A stretch of DNA of 32,000 nt from Nitrosococcus oceani ATCC 19707 (GTDB lineage Bacteria; Pseudomonadota; Gammaproteobacteria; Nitrosococcales; Nitrosococcaceae). This document shows, one piece after another, positions 16,863 through 26,750 of this stretch. The stretch spans positions 1,740,001 to 1,772,000 of the forward strand of contig NC_007484.1 in NCBI RefSeq assembly GCF_000012805.1. The letters run 5' to 3'. The notes under the pieces were generated by a model. That model had not been told where the DNA came from, made no database searches, and saw nothing but the letters and a program-made list of their open reading frames with translations. The translations under genes were made by a program, and so were the position numbers. How positions within the stretch are numbered: the stretch's first letter is position 1; each line of letters opens with the position of its first letter.

Positions 16863-19214
16863 TCAAGCTTGCTGGGAAAGTTCGATTTCCTGCGCCTGCA
16901 CCGCGGCAATAGCGGCAATGTTCACGATAGCGTCCACGGAAGCATCCCGTTGCAATACATGATAGGGCTTGGATAAGCCCGTCAAGATTGGCCCGATGGC
17001 CTCGGCGCCGCCCAATTCCACCAGTAGCTTATAGGCGATATTCCCTGAGGTCAGATCAGGGAATATCAGCACGTTAGCGTCTTCCTTCAGCCGACTGAAG
17101 GGGTAGGTGGAAGAGAGAATGTCTTCATTAGTGGCGGTGTCGGCCTGCATTTCCCCGTCTACAACCAAATCCGGACGCCGGCGGTGCAGGATTTTCACCG
17201 CTGCTTGGACCAAGTCAACTAAGGAATGTTTAACCGAGCCAAAATTGGAAAAGGAGAGCAGAGCAACCCGAGGTTCAATATCGAAGTGGTGCGCCGTATC
17301 TGCCGCCGATAGGGCGATTTCGGCCAGGGTTTCCGCATCGGGGGTAATATTGACGGTGGTATCGGCGCAAAAGATAAGCCGGTTTTTGAACAAGAGCATA
17401 TAAAGCCCGGAGGCATGGGAAATTCCTTTAGCCAGGGGGAGGATTTGCAGGGCAGGGCGGATGGAGTCAGGATAATGGTAGGTCTCGCCACAGACCACCG
17501 CTTCCACTTCCCCTTGCAGTAATAGCATGGGGGCATAGTAATGGCGGCGTAGCATATAGCGCCGGGCTTCGGCTAAGGTCACGCCCTTGCGGGCTCGCAT
17601 GGCAAAGAACTGCTGGGCCAAATCCTCCCGCTGGGGGTGGGTCTGGGAGTCGAGTAGATCGATTCCCTCCAAGTTAACGGAGAGTTGTTTTGCTAAGGCT
17701 TGGATCTCATCAGGTTTGCCAAGCAGCACGGGCTTGCCGATACCTTCTTTGACAATCCGGGCAGCGGCACGAATGATGCGTTTATCATCTCCCTCGGGAA
17801 AAGCAATCCGGAGCGGGCCGGGGGAAACCGGCTTTTCCACGGGAGAGGTTTTAGACTCAAGGTGTTGGGTAGACAGTTGAGAGCGGCGCCTGGCCTTGTT
17901 GATGACTTGCCGCATAACCTCTTTGGAGCGTCCCAGACGGCGTTCCAATTGTTCCCGGTAGGCTCTAAAATCCCTGATAGGAACACGGGCTACCCCTGAT
18001 TCGCCAGCCGCTTTCGCTACCGCAGTGGTGACTTCCAGTAATACCTGGGGATCAAAGGGCTTGGGAATGAGGTATTCCCGGCCAAATTCGATTCTTTCCA
18101 TGCCGTAAGCCCGGCAGACACTTTCTGGCACCCCTTCCTTAGCCAGGGCAGCTAGGGCCTGGGCTGCGGCGACTTTCATGGCTTCATTGATGGCACGGGC
18201 CCGGACATCCAGCGCGCCCCGGAAAATGAAAGGAAAGCCGAGTACATTATTGACTTGATTCGGGTAGTCGCTGCGGCCGGTGGCCATAATTACATCGGGG
18301 CGGGCGGCCAGGGCATCGGGGTAGGTGATTTCCGGATCGGGATTGGCCAAAGCAAAAATAATGGGATTGTCGTTCATGGAGCGCACCATGTCGGGCGTGA
18401 CCACATTGGCCACGGACAGTCCGCAGAAGGCATCTGCTCCCGCCAGGGCTTCTGGCAAGGTACGGAGCCGGGTAGGCCGGATAAATTGGGCTTTGTATTC
18501 ATTATAGCGGGGGCGGCCGGGCATCAGATCCTCCCGTCCCTTATAGAGCACCCCCTTGCTATCGCAGAGGAGCAAGTTATCCGGGTCCACGCCCAGGGTA
18601 AGATAAAATTTGGCGCAGGCAATACTGGCCGCGCCAGCGCCATTCATGACCAGCTTGATATCCTCTAGCCGTTTGCCTGCCAGTTCGCAGGCATTGAGCA
18701 GAGCCGCACCCGAGATAATGGCGGTACCATGTTGATCGTCATGGAAAACCGGGATAGTCAGAGTTTCTCTTAACCGTTCTTCAATATGGAAGCAATCGGG
18801 GGCGGCAATATCCTCCAGGTTGATGCCGCCGAAAGTAGGTTCAAGCAACTGACAGGCTTGAATCACCTCCTCGGCGGTGGGGGCATTGAGTTCGATATCA
18901 AACACATCGATATCGGCAAAGCGTTTGAATAACACCCCTTTGCCTTCCATTACCGGTTTACTGGCCAGTGGCCCCAGAGGACCCAAGCCGAGTACCGCAG
19001 TGCCATTGGTGACGACCGCTACCAAATTGCCTTTACCGGTATAAAGATAGACATCATCGGGAGAGCGATGAATTTCTCGGCAAGGCTCGGCTACCCCGGG
19101 GGAATAGGCCAACGCCAGGTCATGCTGGGTAAGACAAGGCTTGCTGGGGATGACCTCTAGCTTGCCCGCCCGGCCCCGCCGGTGGTATTCCAGTGCTTCG
19201 TCGCGGAAAATCAT
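16863..19214 (-). CDS. maeB: NADP-dependent malic enzyme with C-terminal phosphotransacetylase-like domain
   Basis: The N-terminus is [40 protein letters not shown]. It has an NAD(P) Rossmann motif ([11 protein letters not shown]) and a PTA-like C-terminal half. GGAGGAGG precedes the ATG. Confidence 0.95.
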   Translation of the reverse strand: MIFRDEALEYHRRGRAGKLEVIPSKPCLTQHDLALAYSPGVAEPCREIHRSPDDVYLYTGKGNLVAVVTNGTAVLGLGPLGPLASKPVMEGKGVLFKRFADIDVFDIELNAPTAEEVIQACQLLEPTFGGINLEDIAAPDCFHIEERLRETLTIPVFHDDQHGTAIISGAALLNACELAGKRLEDIKLVMNGAGAASIACAKFYLTLGVDPDNLLLCDSKGVLYKGREDLMPGRPRYNEYKAQFIRPTRLRTLPEALAGADAFCGLSVANVVTPDMVRSMNDNPIIFALANPDPEITYPDALAARPDVIMATGRSDYPNQVNNVLGFPFIFRGALDVRARAINEAMKVAAAQALAALAKEGVPESVCRAYGMERIEFGREYLIPKPFDPQVLLEVTTAVAKAAGESGVARVPIRDFRAYREQLERRLGRSKEVMRQVINKARRRSQLSTQHLESKTSPVEKPVSPGPLRIAFPEGDDKRIIRAAARIVKEGIGKPVLLGKPDEIQALAKQLSVNLEGIDLLDSQTHPQREDLAQQFFAMRARKGVTLAEARRYMLRRHYYAPMLLLQGEVEAVVCGETYHYPDSIRPALQILPLAKGISHASGLYMLLFKNRLIFCADTTVNITPDAETLAEIALSAADTAHHFDIEPRVALLSFSNFGSVKHSLVDLVQAAVKILHRRRPDLVVDGEMQADTATNEDILSSTYPFSRLKEDANVLIFPDLTSGNIAYKLLVELGGAEAIGPILTGLSKPYHVLQRDASVDAIVNIAAIAAVQAQEIELSQQA

Positions 19215-19632
19215 GAATACCTCCTCCGCAGGTTAAGGGTGATTTAGATGCTTTTCCAGTCTATCACTTTAACCTGAATAGGGTTGAAATAGGTATTCTT
19301 ATGTCTTCTGAAACAAGGCTAGCCTTCGGCGTTGCGAACACCTGCTAATCGGGATTTTCACACAACTAGCTAAGTGCCCATGCTTGCTATACGCTTTACT
19401 GATAACTGGAGAGTTAATTAGGCGAGCGGAAACCGCGAACGAATATTCACATTCCTTTTTTGTCTCTTCGTGAACGCCTCTACTTCTATGGGAAAAGGCC
19501 ACTCTTTCAGCTCACCTTGGCGAGCAATCACCGGTGTTCTGAAAGAAGGGCATATACACTAGTAATTCCACCCTCTTGGGACGCTAGCCACATTGACAAC
19601 CCGAATGGAATTAGTGACTTAATGCCGATGAT

Positions 19633-19791
19633 TCACTCTCCGTGAAACCTAACGGTGCGTTTCAGCGGCTGCGAGCTGTCCGACTGCAAGGGTTTTGTCT
19701 TGGGATTTTGATGCCAATCATGCTTTCCGCCATGGCGAATAAAGACGCAACCCATTTCTTCAAGTTTCTTGATCAGATCCCGTCTTTTCAC
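19633..19791 (-). CDS. hicA: HicA-like toxin (52 aa; C-terminus atypical, possibly degenerate)
   Basis: VKRRDLIKKLEEMGCVFIRHGGKHDWHQNPKTK.. matches the HicA core. The GTG start overlaps the stop of the upstream hicB-like frame (tcGTGAaa). Confidence 0.5.
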   Translation of the reverse strand: MKRRDLIKKLEEMGCVFIRHGGKHDWHQNPKTKPLQSDSSQPLKRTVRFHGE

Positions 19792-19980
19792 GATATCTCA
19801 AGCTCAGCGATCCTACGAACGTTAGGAATATTGCTGCTTGTCAATTCCTTGTAGATATCGATTAAATGTTCCTTTAATTCTTCCTCTGTTTCACCTTCTT
19901 GCCCAGTAGTCCGGAAATTCTTCAAGATATCCGAGCCACATATCATCATCTTTCCAATAAATGTACTTCTTTCTCATCAT
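19788..19980 (-). pseudogene. hicB: HicB-like antitoxin N-terminal domain gene with a 1-nt frameshift
   Basis: MMRKKYIYWKDDDMWLGYLEEFPDYW is followed by a +1 shift, then QEGETEEELKEHLIDIYKELTSSNIPNVRRIAELEIS*. The 193-nt span is not a multiple of three. Confidence 0.5.
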
Positions 19981-20567
19981 TTAAGCACCACTCATCAACT
20001 GTAGCGAGGGAAACAGAGACTAACATTTTATATAAGGGGCGCGAATCGCGGTGCGTCCCAGTGAGCGAAGCGAACAACTTGATGCAATTGTTAGGTGTTT
20101 TCATGCATTTCCATTATGTGTAATAGCTCACTTGATTTTACGATGGTAGCTGAGAAAATTCTTTCTAAACCTGGTTTCATTTTTGTTATCCGCTCGCCCG
20201 TTGTTACGAAATCACCACTCTATTTCGATGCCTTAAATACATGCTCTGTATCTTTTTTTATTCGTTGCTGTCCACTAGCGTGTTAAGTCTAAAGTAGAGT
20301 TTTTACAGACGGCCGGGATCTGAGTGGTGTTTAAAATACTTTTAAAGTGTATTCAAGCAATTTCTACTAAGTTTCTTCCTATTGCTGTTTAGTTTGGTGT
20401 TGGTGTAAGCCTAATTAATCCTTATCCCGTAATTATATCCTTTCCCGCAGGTTTATAATCATGGTGGGTATTTTAGATCTGAGCAAGGTAAACTAGTCGT
20501 TTTAAAGTAGTTATTAAGTAACTAAGCGTGTTTGGACGAAGTAATTTTTTTATCGGTTTTTGCTAGG

Positions 20568-23500
20568 ATGAGAGGAAGAATGGCAGCAGACAATGCACCG
20601 ACTCTTGAAGGTACTGCCTTCTCCGAGCTATTTCAGGTCGCTGGACTGGAAGTTCTGGATAAACAGTTTTTGAATTTATTAAAGCGTGAGGATTCTGAGC
20701 TTTATCAACACCTCGCCCGTTACCGTCAGGCTCCAGAGCCCTTGCCGCCAGTGGCGGAAAGTAAATTACTTTTGGCCTTGGCCCCTCATCTGGAAGATTT
20801 TTTAGCAAGTTTCTTTGGCATTGAAGAGCCATTAGCCGTTAGCCGCAGTGCCACCTTGAGCCATGATCCGGTGATGGCTTTTAAAAAGGAATGGGTGCTG
20901 CGCCGGGGGCGCCGCTACCGGAAACCTATCGAGCAGCCTTTCTCTGCCCTGGATCGATGGTTGAGCGGGCAGCTTCAGAAAGCTGGATTGGCGGAGTTTG
21001 ATCGGGAAGGAGCGGTTGCCCAATGGGCTCAGCGTTTGTTGCAGGACCAGGAAAATAATGGGGAGGCTATCGAGGCTTTAACCCAATGGTGCGCTTTGGC
21101 GTTGACTGATCCGGAGGGACGGCAGGCGGTAGCCAGTTGGACCAGTTTTCATTTGCCGCGAAAAGTGGATCATGCCCGCCTCGTTCCTTTAGAGCACCGG
21201 GAAGAAGATTCGCTCCAGCGCCTCCAGGCCGATCCCGCTACCTTTCGACGCCGCGATGGATTTAAGCTCACCGATCCACGCATGCCGGCGCGGGCGGTGC
21301 AGGGAGAGGTTCACTATTGTATCTATTGCCATGAGCATGATGGTGATTTCTGCTCCAAGGGTTTTCCGGAAAAAAAGGATCAACCCGAATTGGGGTTTAA
21401 GACCGATCCGCTAGGCGTCATTCTGACCGGTTGCCCGGTTGAGGAAAAAATCTCTGAGATGCATGCTCTGAAGCGGGAGGGACGCACCATCGCTGCTTTG
21501 GCCGTTGCCATGGTGGACAACCCCATGGTGCCGGCCACGGGGCATCGGATTTGTAATGATTGTATGAAGTCCTGTATCTATCAGAAACAGGACCCTGTCG
21601 ATATTCCCCAAATAGAAACCCGAGTGCTGACGGATGTTTTGGATTTACCCTGGGGGGTGGAGATCTATGATCTGCTCACCCGTTGGAATCCTTTGCGCCA
21701 GCGGCAGTTTCTCCCTCAACCTTACAACGGCCATAAGGTGTTGGTGGTGGGGATGGGGCCCGCGGGTTTCACCATGGTCCACCATTTGACCATGGAAGGA
21801 TGCACCGTCGTGGGCATTGATGGGCTCAAGATGGAACCTTTGCCCGAATCCCTTGTGAAACAGCCTATTCGGGACTGGTCCACCCTTAGAGAGTCCTTGG
21901 ATGAGCGTATTTTGCTAGGATTTGGCGGAGTTGCCGAGTATGGCATTACCGTGCGTTGGGATAAGAACTTTTTGAAACTCATCTATCTCAGTTTGCTTCG
22001 GCGCCCCTTGTTCCAGGCTTTCGGAGGGGTGCGCTTGGGGGGAACCCTGACCTTGGAGGATGCCTGGCAATTAGGATTTGATCATGCTTGCATCGCCACC
22101 GGCGCTGGCTTGCCACGGGTCATTCCCATGGGTAATAGTCTGGCCCGGGGGATGCGTCAGGCGAGCGATTTTCTGATGGCGCTGCAGCTCACCGGTGCTG
22201 GCAAAGAAAATAGCTTGGCCAATCTGCAAGTTCGGCTACCCGCCGTGGTCATTGGTGGTGGTTTGACGGCCATTGATACCGCCACGGAGGTGCAAGCCTA
22301 TTATATTAAGCAAGTGGAGAAGATCCTCACGCGCTATGAGAAGTTGGCGGCAGCCCGGGGCGAGGAGCAGGTGCGGGCGGGTCTTGGTGAGGAAGATGAG
22401 GCAATTCTAGAAGAATTTTTAACCCATGGCCGTTTGGTCAGGGCTGAGCGGCAACGGGCTGCCCAGGCAGGAGAAGCGCCCGATTTTATCCCTCTTTTGC
22501 ATGCCTGGGGCGGTGTTACTCTAGCTTACCGCAAGGGACTGAATGCCTCGCCTGCTTATCAGCGCAACCATGAGGAGGTGATTCAGGCCATGGAGGAAGG
22601 GTTGTATTATGCGGAGGGCCTGGAACCCTTACGGGCAGAGCTGGATAAGTATGACCATGTGGCGGCGCTGGTGTGCCGACGCATGAAACAGGAGGAGGGC
22701 CGCTGGCTGGGAACCCGGGAGGAAGTCACTTTGCCCGCCCGCGCCGTGTTCATTGCTGCGGGTACCAAGCCTAATACCATTTATGAGCATGAGCATTCCG
22801 GTAGTCTTGAATTAGAAGCCGATCATTTTCTGCCCCATGTGGAGCATGCTGAGGGTTTGCAGCCGGTGCAGGTGGCCGAGCACTGTAAATCAGAGGAATT
22901 TGGTCCCTTTACTTCTTACCAGCAGGACCATCGGATGGTCACTTTTGTCGGCGATACCCATCCGGTGTTTCAAGGCAGCGTGGTTAAGGCGATTGCCTCA
23001 AGCAAGCGTAGCTATCCTCAGGTAATGGCCGCCCTGGCACTGCGCCCGCCTGGAAATAAAGATGATTATAGTATCTTTCAGGCGCAGATAGCCGATTTAC
23101 TCACGCCGCGAGTGAGTCAAGTTAACTGTAGTAATCCTGCGGTAGTGGAAGTTTGGGTGCGGGCGCCCCTTGCCGCCCGCAATTTTCGCCCTGGCCAATT
23201 CTTCCGCCTGCAAAGCTTTGAGTCCACTAGCCCCGAGATAGAAGGAACTCGTCTGCAAATACCCTTGCTGACTGTGAGCGGCACGGGGGTTAAGGACGAT
23301 CAGATCCGGTTAATGGTGCTGCAATGGGGGGTTGGACCCCGCTTGGTGGGACGTTTGCAGCCAGGCGATCCCCTGGTGCTCATGGGGCCAACGGGCGCAC
23401 CTACCGACATTCCCCAGGGAGAGACGGTGCTAGTGGTCGCGGGCCGCTGGGGAGCGGCAGTGATGTTGGATATTGGTCCCGCCTTGCGGGCGGCGGGCAA

Positions 23501-24092
23501 CCGGGTCCTCTATGTGGCCGCTTTTGGTTCGGCCTCTGAGCTAGATCATCAGGATGAACTTGAAATGGCTGCTGATCAGATCATCTGGTGTACCGCACGG
23601 GAGCCTAAAATTACTCCCCGCCGGCCTCAGGATCTGAGCGTGGTGGAAACAGACATGGTGGCGTTGCTACAGCGTTACGGCGCTAGCGAGTTAGGAACTC
23701 ATGACGGTGGCCGATATCTTTCCCTGGCGGCAGTGAATCGGTTTCTGGTGATGGGTTCCACCGGTCTATTGCGGGGCTTTCAAGGGGCTTTAAAAGAGCG
23801 CCTGAAAGAAGTTTTCCGTCCTGATCTCAAAGCCATTGGCATGGTGGGGAGTCCGATGCAGTGTATGCTAAAGGGCGTTTGCGCCCAGTGCTTGCAGTGG
23901 CAGATTGATCCAGAAACGGGAAAGCGTACCCGTGCGGTTTTTTCCTGTGCCGAGCAAGAGCAACCTTTATCGTGGATTGATATCGATAATCTGGTGGCTC
24001 GCCAGACTCAGAACCGTCTCCCGGATAGGCTGGCCGCCCAGTGGCTGGATTATATCCTTTCCCAAGAAAGCCCCAAGACAAGAAATAATTAG
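20568..24092 (+). CDS. Large fused flavoprotein oxidoreductase: unknown N-terminal region, GltD/NfnB-like Fe-S/FAD-NAD(P) module and PyrK/NfnA-like FAD/[2Fe-2S] module
   Basis: Cys clusters are present (HYCIYCHEHDGDFC.., CPVEEKI.., GHRICNDCMKSC). It has a Rossmann GxGxxG (VLVVGMGPAGF) and a second dinucleotide fold (VVIGGGLTAIDTA). A PyrK-like beta-barrel (FRPGQFFRL..) and a C-terminal Cys cluster (C-x-x-GVCAQC..FSC) follow. The start is uncertain between 20532 TTG, 20568 ATG and 20580 ATG. Confidence 0.8.
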   Translation: MRGRMAADNAPTLEGTAFSELFQVAGLEVLDKQFLNLLKREDSELYQHLARYRQAPEPLPPVAESKLLLALAPHLEDFLASFFGIEEPLAVSRSATLSHDPVMAFKKEWVLRRGRRYRKPIEQPFSALDRWLSGQLQKAGLAEFDREGAVAQWAQRLLQDQENNGEAIEALTQWCALALTDPEGRQAVASWTSFHLPRKVDHARLVPLEHREEDSLQRLQADPATFRRRDGFKLTDPRMPARAVQGEVHYCIYCHEHDGDFCSKGFPEKKDQPELGFKTDPLGVILTGCPVEEKISEMHALKREGRTIAALAVAMVDNPMVPATGHRICNDCMKSCIYQKQDPVDIPQIETRVLTDVLDLPWGVEIYDLLTRWNPLRQRQFLPQPYNGHKVLVVGMGPAGFTMVHHLTMEGCTVVGIDGLKMEPLPESLVKQPIRDWSTLRESLDERILLGFGGVAEYGITVRWDKNFLKLIYLSLLRRPLFQAFGGVRLGGTLTLEDAWQLGFDHACIATGAGLPRVIPMGNSLARGMRQASDFLMALQLTGAGKENSLANLQVRLPAVVIGGGLTAIDTATEVQAYYIKQVEKILTRYEKLAAARGEEQVRAGLGEEDEAILEEFLTHGRLVRAERQRAAQAGEAPDFIPLLHAWGGVTLAYRKGLNASPAYQRNHEEVIQAMEEGLYYAEGLEPLRAELDKYDHVAALVCRRMKQEEGRWLGTREEVTLPARAVFIAAGTKPNTIYEHEHSGSLELEADHFLPHVEHAEGLQPVQVAEHCKSEEFGPFTSYQQDHRMVTFVGDTHPVFQGSVVKAIASSKRSYPQVMAALALRPPGNKDDYSIFQAQIADLLTPRVSQVNCSNPAVVEVWVRAPLAARNFRPGQFFRLQSFESTSPEIEGTRLQIPLLTVSGTGVKDDQIRLMVLQWGVGPRLVGRLQPGDPLVLMGPTGAPTDIPQGETVLVVAGRWGAAVMLDIGPALRAAGNRVLYVAAFGSASELDHQDELEMAADQIIWCTAREPKITPRRPQDLSVVETDMVALLQRYGASELGTHDGGRYLSLAAVNRFLVMGSTGLLRGFQGALKERLKEVFRPDLKAIGMVGSPMQCMLKGVCAQCLQWQIDPETGKRTRAVFSCAEQEQPLSWIDIDNLVARQTQNRLPDRLAAQWLDYILSQESPKTRNN

Positions 24093-24110
24093 CGAATAAG
24101 GGGCGGTAAA

Positions 24111-24150
24111 AGGCCCTGGTTAAGGCAGCTTACCACCTTAACCAGGGCCT
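24111..24150. terminator. Bidirectional stem-loop terminator between convergent genes
   Basis: A perfect 15-bp stem (aggccctggttaagg at 24111-24125 and ccttaaccagggcct at 24136-24150) with a 10-nt loop, followed by gttt. Confidence 0.65.
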
Positions 24151-24156
24151 GTTTAG

Positions 24157-24909
24157 TTAGAAGGCCATTGTAACGATATGGCTTTTTTCCCCCAGTTTGA
24201 GCCCAAGGCGTAATGCTTTGGCGGAATGGGCTTCCTCCTTGCCGGGAAAGAAGAGATAGCCATAGGCAAGCTCGCCGGGGCGGATGCGCTCGTTGCGCAG
24301 GGACTCTCGAAGCAAGTCTTGACGAATCTGTTGATCGAGCTCGCCATGACGTTTGGTGCCGCCATAGAGCGCGCCGGCGGCGGCGCCCGCGGCTGCTCCC
24401 TTGGCGGTAATTTCACCGATATTTTGCCCGGTAACGATTCCAATCGCCATGCCGGCCAAGGCGCCTGCGGCGCCAAGAAGCGCGGCGGGCTTGCTGGCCC
24501 CTTTTGCCGTCTCTCCCAATTCCACATGACTGCGGACTCGTTGGTAGGCTTGCTCGGCTGTTAGTAAAGGCCAAGCCTGGCCTTGATCGTCAACGAGAAA
24601 AGTCTGATCCGCTCTTACCCTGGCTGCCAGCGGGCTTTGGTTGTCGATAACAAAACGGATGGGAAATAGCCCAGCACCGCGGATATCAAAGCCAAAGGCT
24701 TGATTGGCTTCCTTGTTGTTAGCGAAGGCCCGGGCAACCACTTTGGCGCCATCAACATCCACATGGTCGGATTGAGCTTCGGGAAAAGGGACGGGCGCTA
24801 CCCGCTCCCCATAAGTAGCACAGGCAAGCAGGGTAAAGAGTAGCCCTAACAGGAGCGTTAGACGGCCTCCAACGGCCAAAATTTGGTCTGGAGTTCCTGT
24901 CTTTGCCAT
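24157..24909 (-). CDS. Lipoprotein with a glycine-zipper region
   Basis: The signal peptide with lipobox (..LLLGLLFTLLAC) follows the ATG at 24909. A Gly/Ala-rich zipper reads AALLGAAGALAGMAIGIVTG..GAAAGAAAGALYGG. Confidence 0.7.
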   Translation of the reverse strand: MAKTGTPDQILAVGGRLTLLLGLLFTLLACATYGERVAPVPFPEAQSDHVDVDGAKVVARAFANNKEANQAFGFDIRGAGLFPIRFVIDNQSPLAARVRADQTFLVDDQGQAWPLLTAEQAYQRVRSHVELGETAKGASKPAALLGAAGALAGMAIGIVTGQNIGEITAKGAAAGAAAGALYGGTKRHGELDQQIRQDLLRESLRNERIRPGELAYGYLFFPGKEEAHSAKALRLGLKLGEKSHIVTMAF

Positions 24910-25037
24910 CGGGGAGTGGGATGTTTTCGGATTAGAGGATTGACAGCCATAAACATCATTGAACATAGTGCTTTCCTAACTAAATGATAGAGACATGATT
25001 AAAAGAAAGATTCACGAATTACCGTTTGGAGTGATTG

Positions 25038-26681
25038 ATGAGTAGTTCCTTGAAAGAATACCTAAGAGAAATGATACATGGAATATACCCGCCTATTTTG
25101 CAAGGAAGTGAGGCTGCGCCATCGCCCCATTCAACGCAACCGTCCCGTGTTGGAGAAGGGGTGATTGATGAATCCACCTTCCAGGTGATAGAAGCGGATA
25201 GGCTTTTCGATGCGATAAATACCGCCCATACAGTGATAGGCCAGGCCGTGCTTTATCGCTCTTTGGCCCAGCCGTTAGCTGACATAAAAATCATCAAGGC
25301 CAAGCAAGAAGCATTACAGGAGCTGGCGTCGAACCCTAGCCTTCGGGAAAAAATAGAATCATTGACAAAAAAAGCTTCTAAACGGGAAAAGTCATTTTAC
25401 CGTTTACTTTTTAGTAAATTTACCGGTTTTTTTGGCAGTTCGAGAGGGGATACTGAAATTGAGGGATATGGCTATGCTACTTATGAAAGGGGAACAACTT
25501 TTATGCTCGAACTGGTTAAGGATGCAAGGACTTTGCCTGCGCCAGAGAGTAATTATCTCAGAATTCTAATTGATGATCTCAAGGGGTTCGGCGCTACTAA
25601 AATTCATTCTTTGATGAAAGGACCCGTTTATTTAACAGAGAGTGGAATTAGGACGAGAGAAGAAAAAAAATGGTTTATTCCTGCTGTAAAATTCAGGCCA
25701 ACTTTGTTTAAACCACTTTTTATACTGGCAGTATTGCTGGGAATTGTTGCGCTCTTTATGTATGGGCCTATGGTGCTGGGTATCTCTTTTTCTTCCTCGC
25801 CCATACTGATACTTTTTCTCCTGCCAGCCCTCATATTTTATATGCCTATGGTGGGTACATTTGACCGTGACAGTTGCATCTATCCTTTGCAGAAACGCTA
25901 CCAAGAATCGGAAGACGTACATACTGCGCTGGAAGCTTTGGGAAAGTTGGATGAATTGCTTGCCTTTCATCATTATGGGAAATCGTTTGGTAGCCCTACA
26001 GTACTGCCACGAGTTATTGCGGCAAAAAATCATACCCTGATACTCAGGGAGGCGAAAAATCCTATCCTGGGTAAGGATAACCCTAATTATGTTCCCAATG
26101 ATATTGACCTGGATGGCCAAAAGCTCACCTTTATTAGCGGTCCCAATAGCGGCGGCAAAACGGCCTTTTGCAAAACAATCGCTCAAATTCAATTGCTCTC
26201 CCAAGTAGGCTGTTATGTGCCCGCGGAAGATGCTGAAATTTCTGTTGCTGATCGTGTTTTTTACCAAGTCCCTGAAATTAGCTCCTTGGAAGATGTAGAA
26301 GGGCGGTTTGGAAAAGAACTTAAGAGAACCAAGGATATGTTTTTAATGACGAGCCCAGAGAGCTTGATAATTTTAGATGAATTATCGGAAGGGACGACTC
26401 ACGCAGAAAAATTGGAGACCTCTTTCCATGTACTCAACGGGTTTTATCGAATAGGAAATAATACGCTTTTAGTGACCCATAACCATGAGCTGGCGGAACG
26501 ATTTAAAGAAAATAAAATAGGTCAGTATTTTCAGGTTCAGTTTATAGGAGAAGGACCCACCTACAAAATTATTGAAGGGATATCAAAAGTAAGCCATGCG
26601 GATAGAGTCGCCAGAAAAATAGGATTTGGGAAGGAAGATATAGAAAGGTATTTAAAGGAAAAGGGGTTTGTTAGCGGGTAG
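25038..26681 (+). CDS. MutS-related ATPase (core domain III-like plus domain V) with two internal transmembrane helices
   Basis: GGAG precedes the ATG at 25038. The product contains ..TVIGQAVLYRSLAQPL-x-D..I..KQEALQEL (MutS domain III entry), two hydrophobic helices (LFILAVLLGIVALFMYGPMVLGI and ILILFLLPALIFYMPMV), Walker A GPNSGGKT, Walker B LIILDELSEGT and LLVTHNHELA. Confidence 0.8.
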   Translation: MSSSLKEYLREMIHGIYPPILQGSEAAPSPHSTQPSRVGEGVIDESTFQVIEADRLFDAINTAHTVIGQAVLYRSLAQPLADIKIIKAKQEALQELASNPSLREKIESLTKKASKREKSFYRLLFSKFTGFFGSSRGDTEIEGYGYATYERGTTFMLELVKDARTLPAPESNYLRILIDDLKGFGATKIHSLMKGPVYLTESGIRTREEKKWFIPAVKFRPTLFKPLFILAVLLGIVALFMYGPMVLGISFSSSPILILFLLPALIFYMPMVGTFDRDSCIYPLQKRYQESEDVHTALEALGKLDELLAFHHYGKSFGSPTVLPRVIAAKNHTLILREAKNPILGKDNPNYVPNDIDLDGQKLTFISGPNSGGKTAFCKTIAQIQLLSQVGCYVPAEDAEISVADRVFYQVPEISSLEDVEGRFGKELKRTKDMFLMTSPESLIILDELSEGTTHAEKLETSFHVLNGFYRIGNNTLLVTHNHELAERFKENKIGQYFQVQFIGEGPTYKIIEGISKVSHADRVARKIGFGKEDIERYLKEKGFVSG

Positions 26682-26694
26682 ATAGAAGAAGTAG

Positions 26695-26724
26695 GGCGCT
26701 AGTAATTCTTTAGCTACTAGCGCC
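26695..26724. terminator. Stem-loop between convergent genes
   Basis: A 10-bp stem (ggcgctagta at 26695-26704 and tactagcgcc at 26715-26724) with a 10-nt loop. Confidence 0.5.
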
Positions 26725-26750
26725 ATAACTTATTATGGGTCGCCTGGTAT

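Noticed and set aside
17107-18668. ORFs inside or antisense to maeB (17107-17403, 17219-17536, 17587-17880, 17693-17986, 17700-17999, 18255-18668 and 18325-18507).
   Set aside because: They lie wholly within a confidently identified 783-aa malic enzyme gene and have no independent signals.
19642-19854. The + strand ORF of 70 aa.
   Set aside because: It is antisense to the hicA-like and hicB-like frames, which have recognisable family motifs on the minus strand.
24153-24564. ORFs 24153-24527 (-), 24213-24410 (+) and 24226-24564 (+).
   Set aside because: These are alternative frames of the Gly/Ala-rich (GC-rich) part of the lipoprotein gene. The lipobox-containing frame explains the region.
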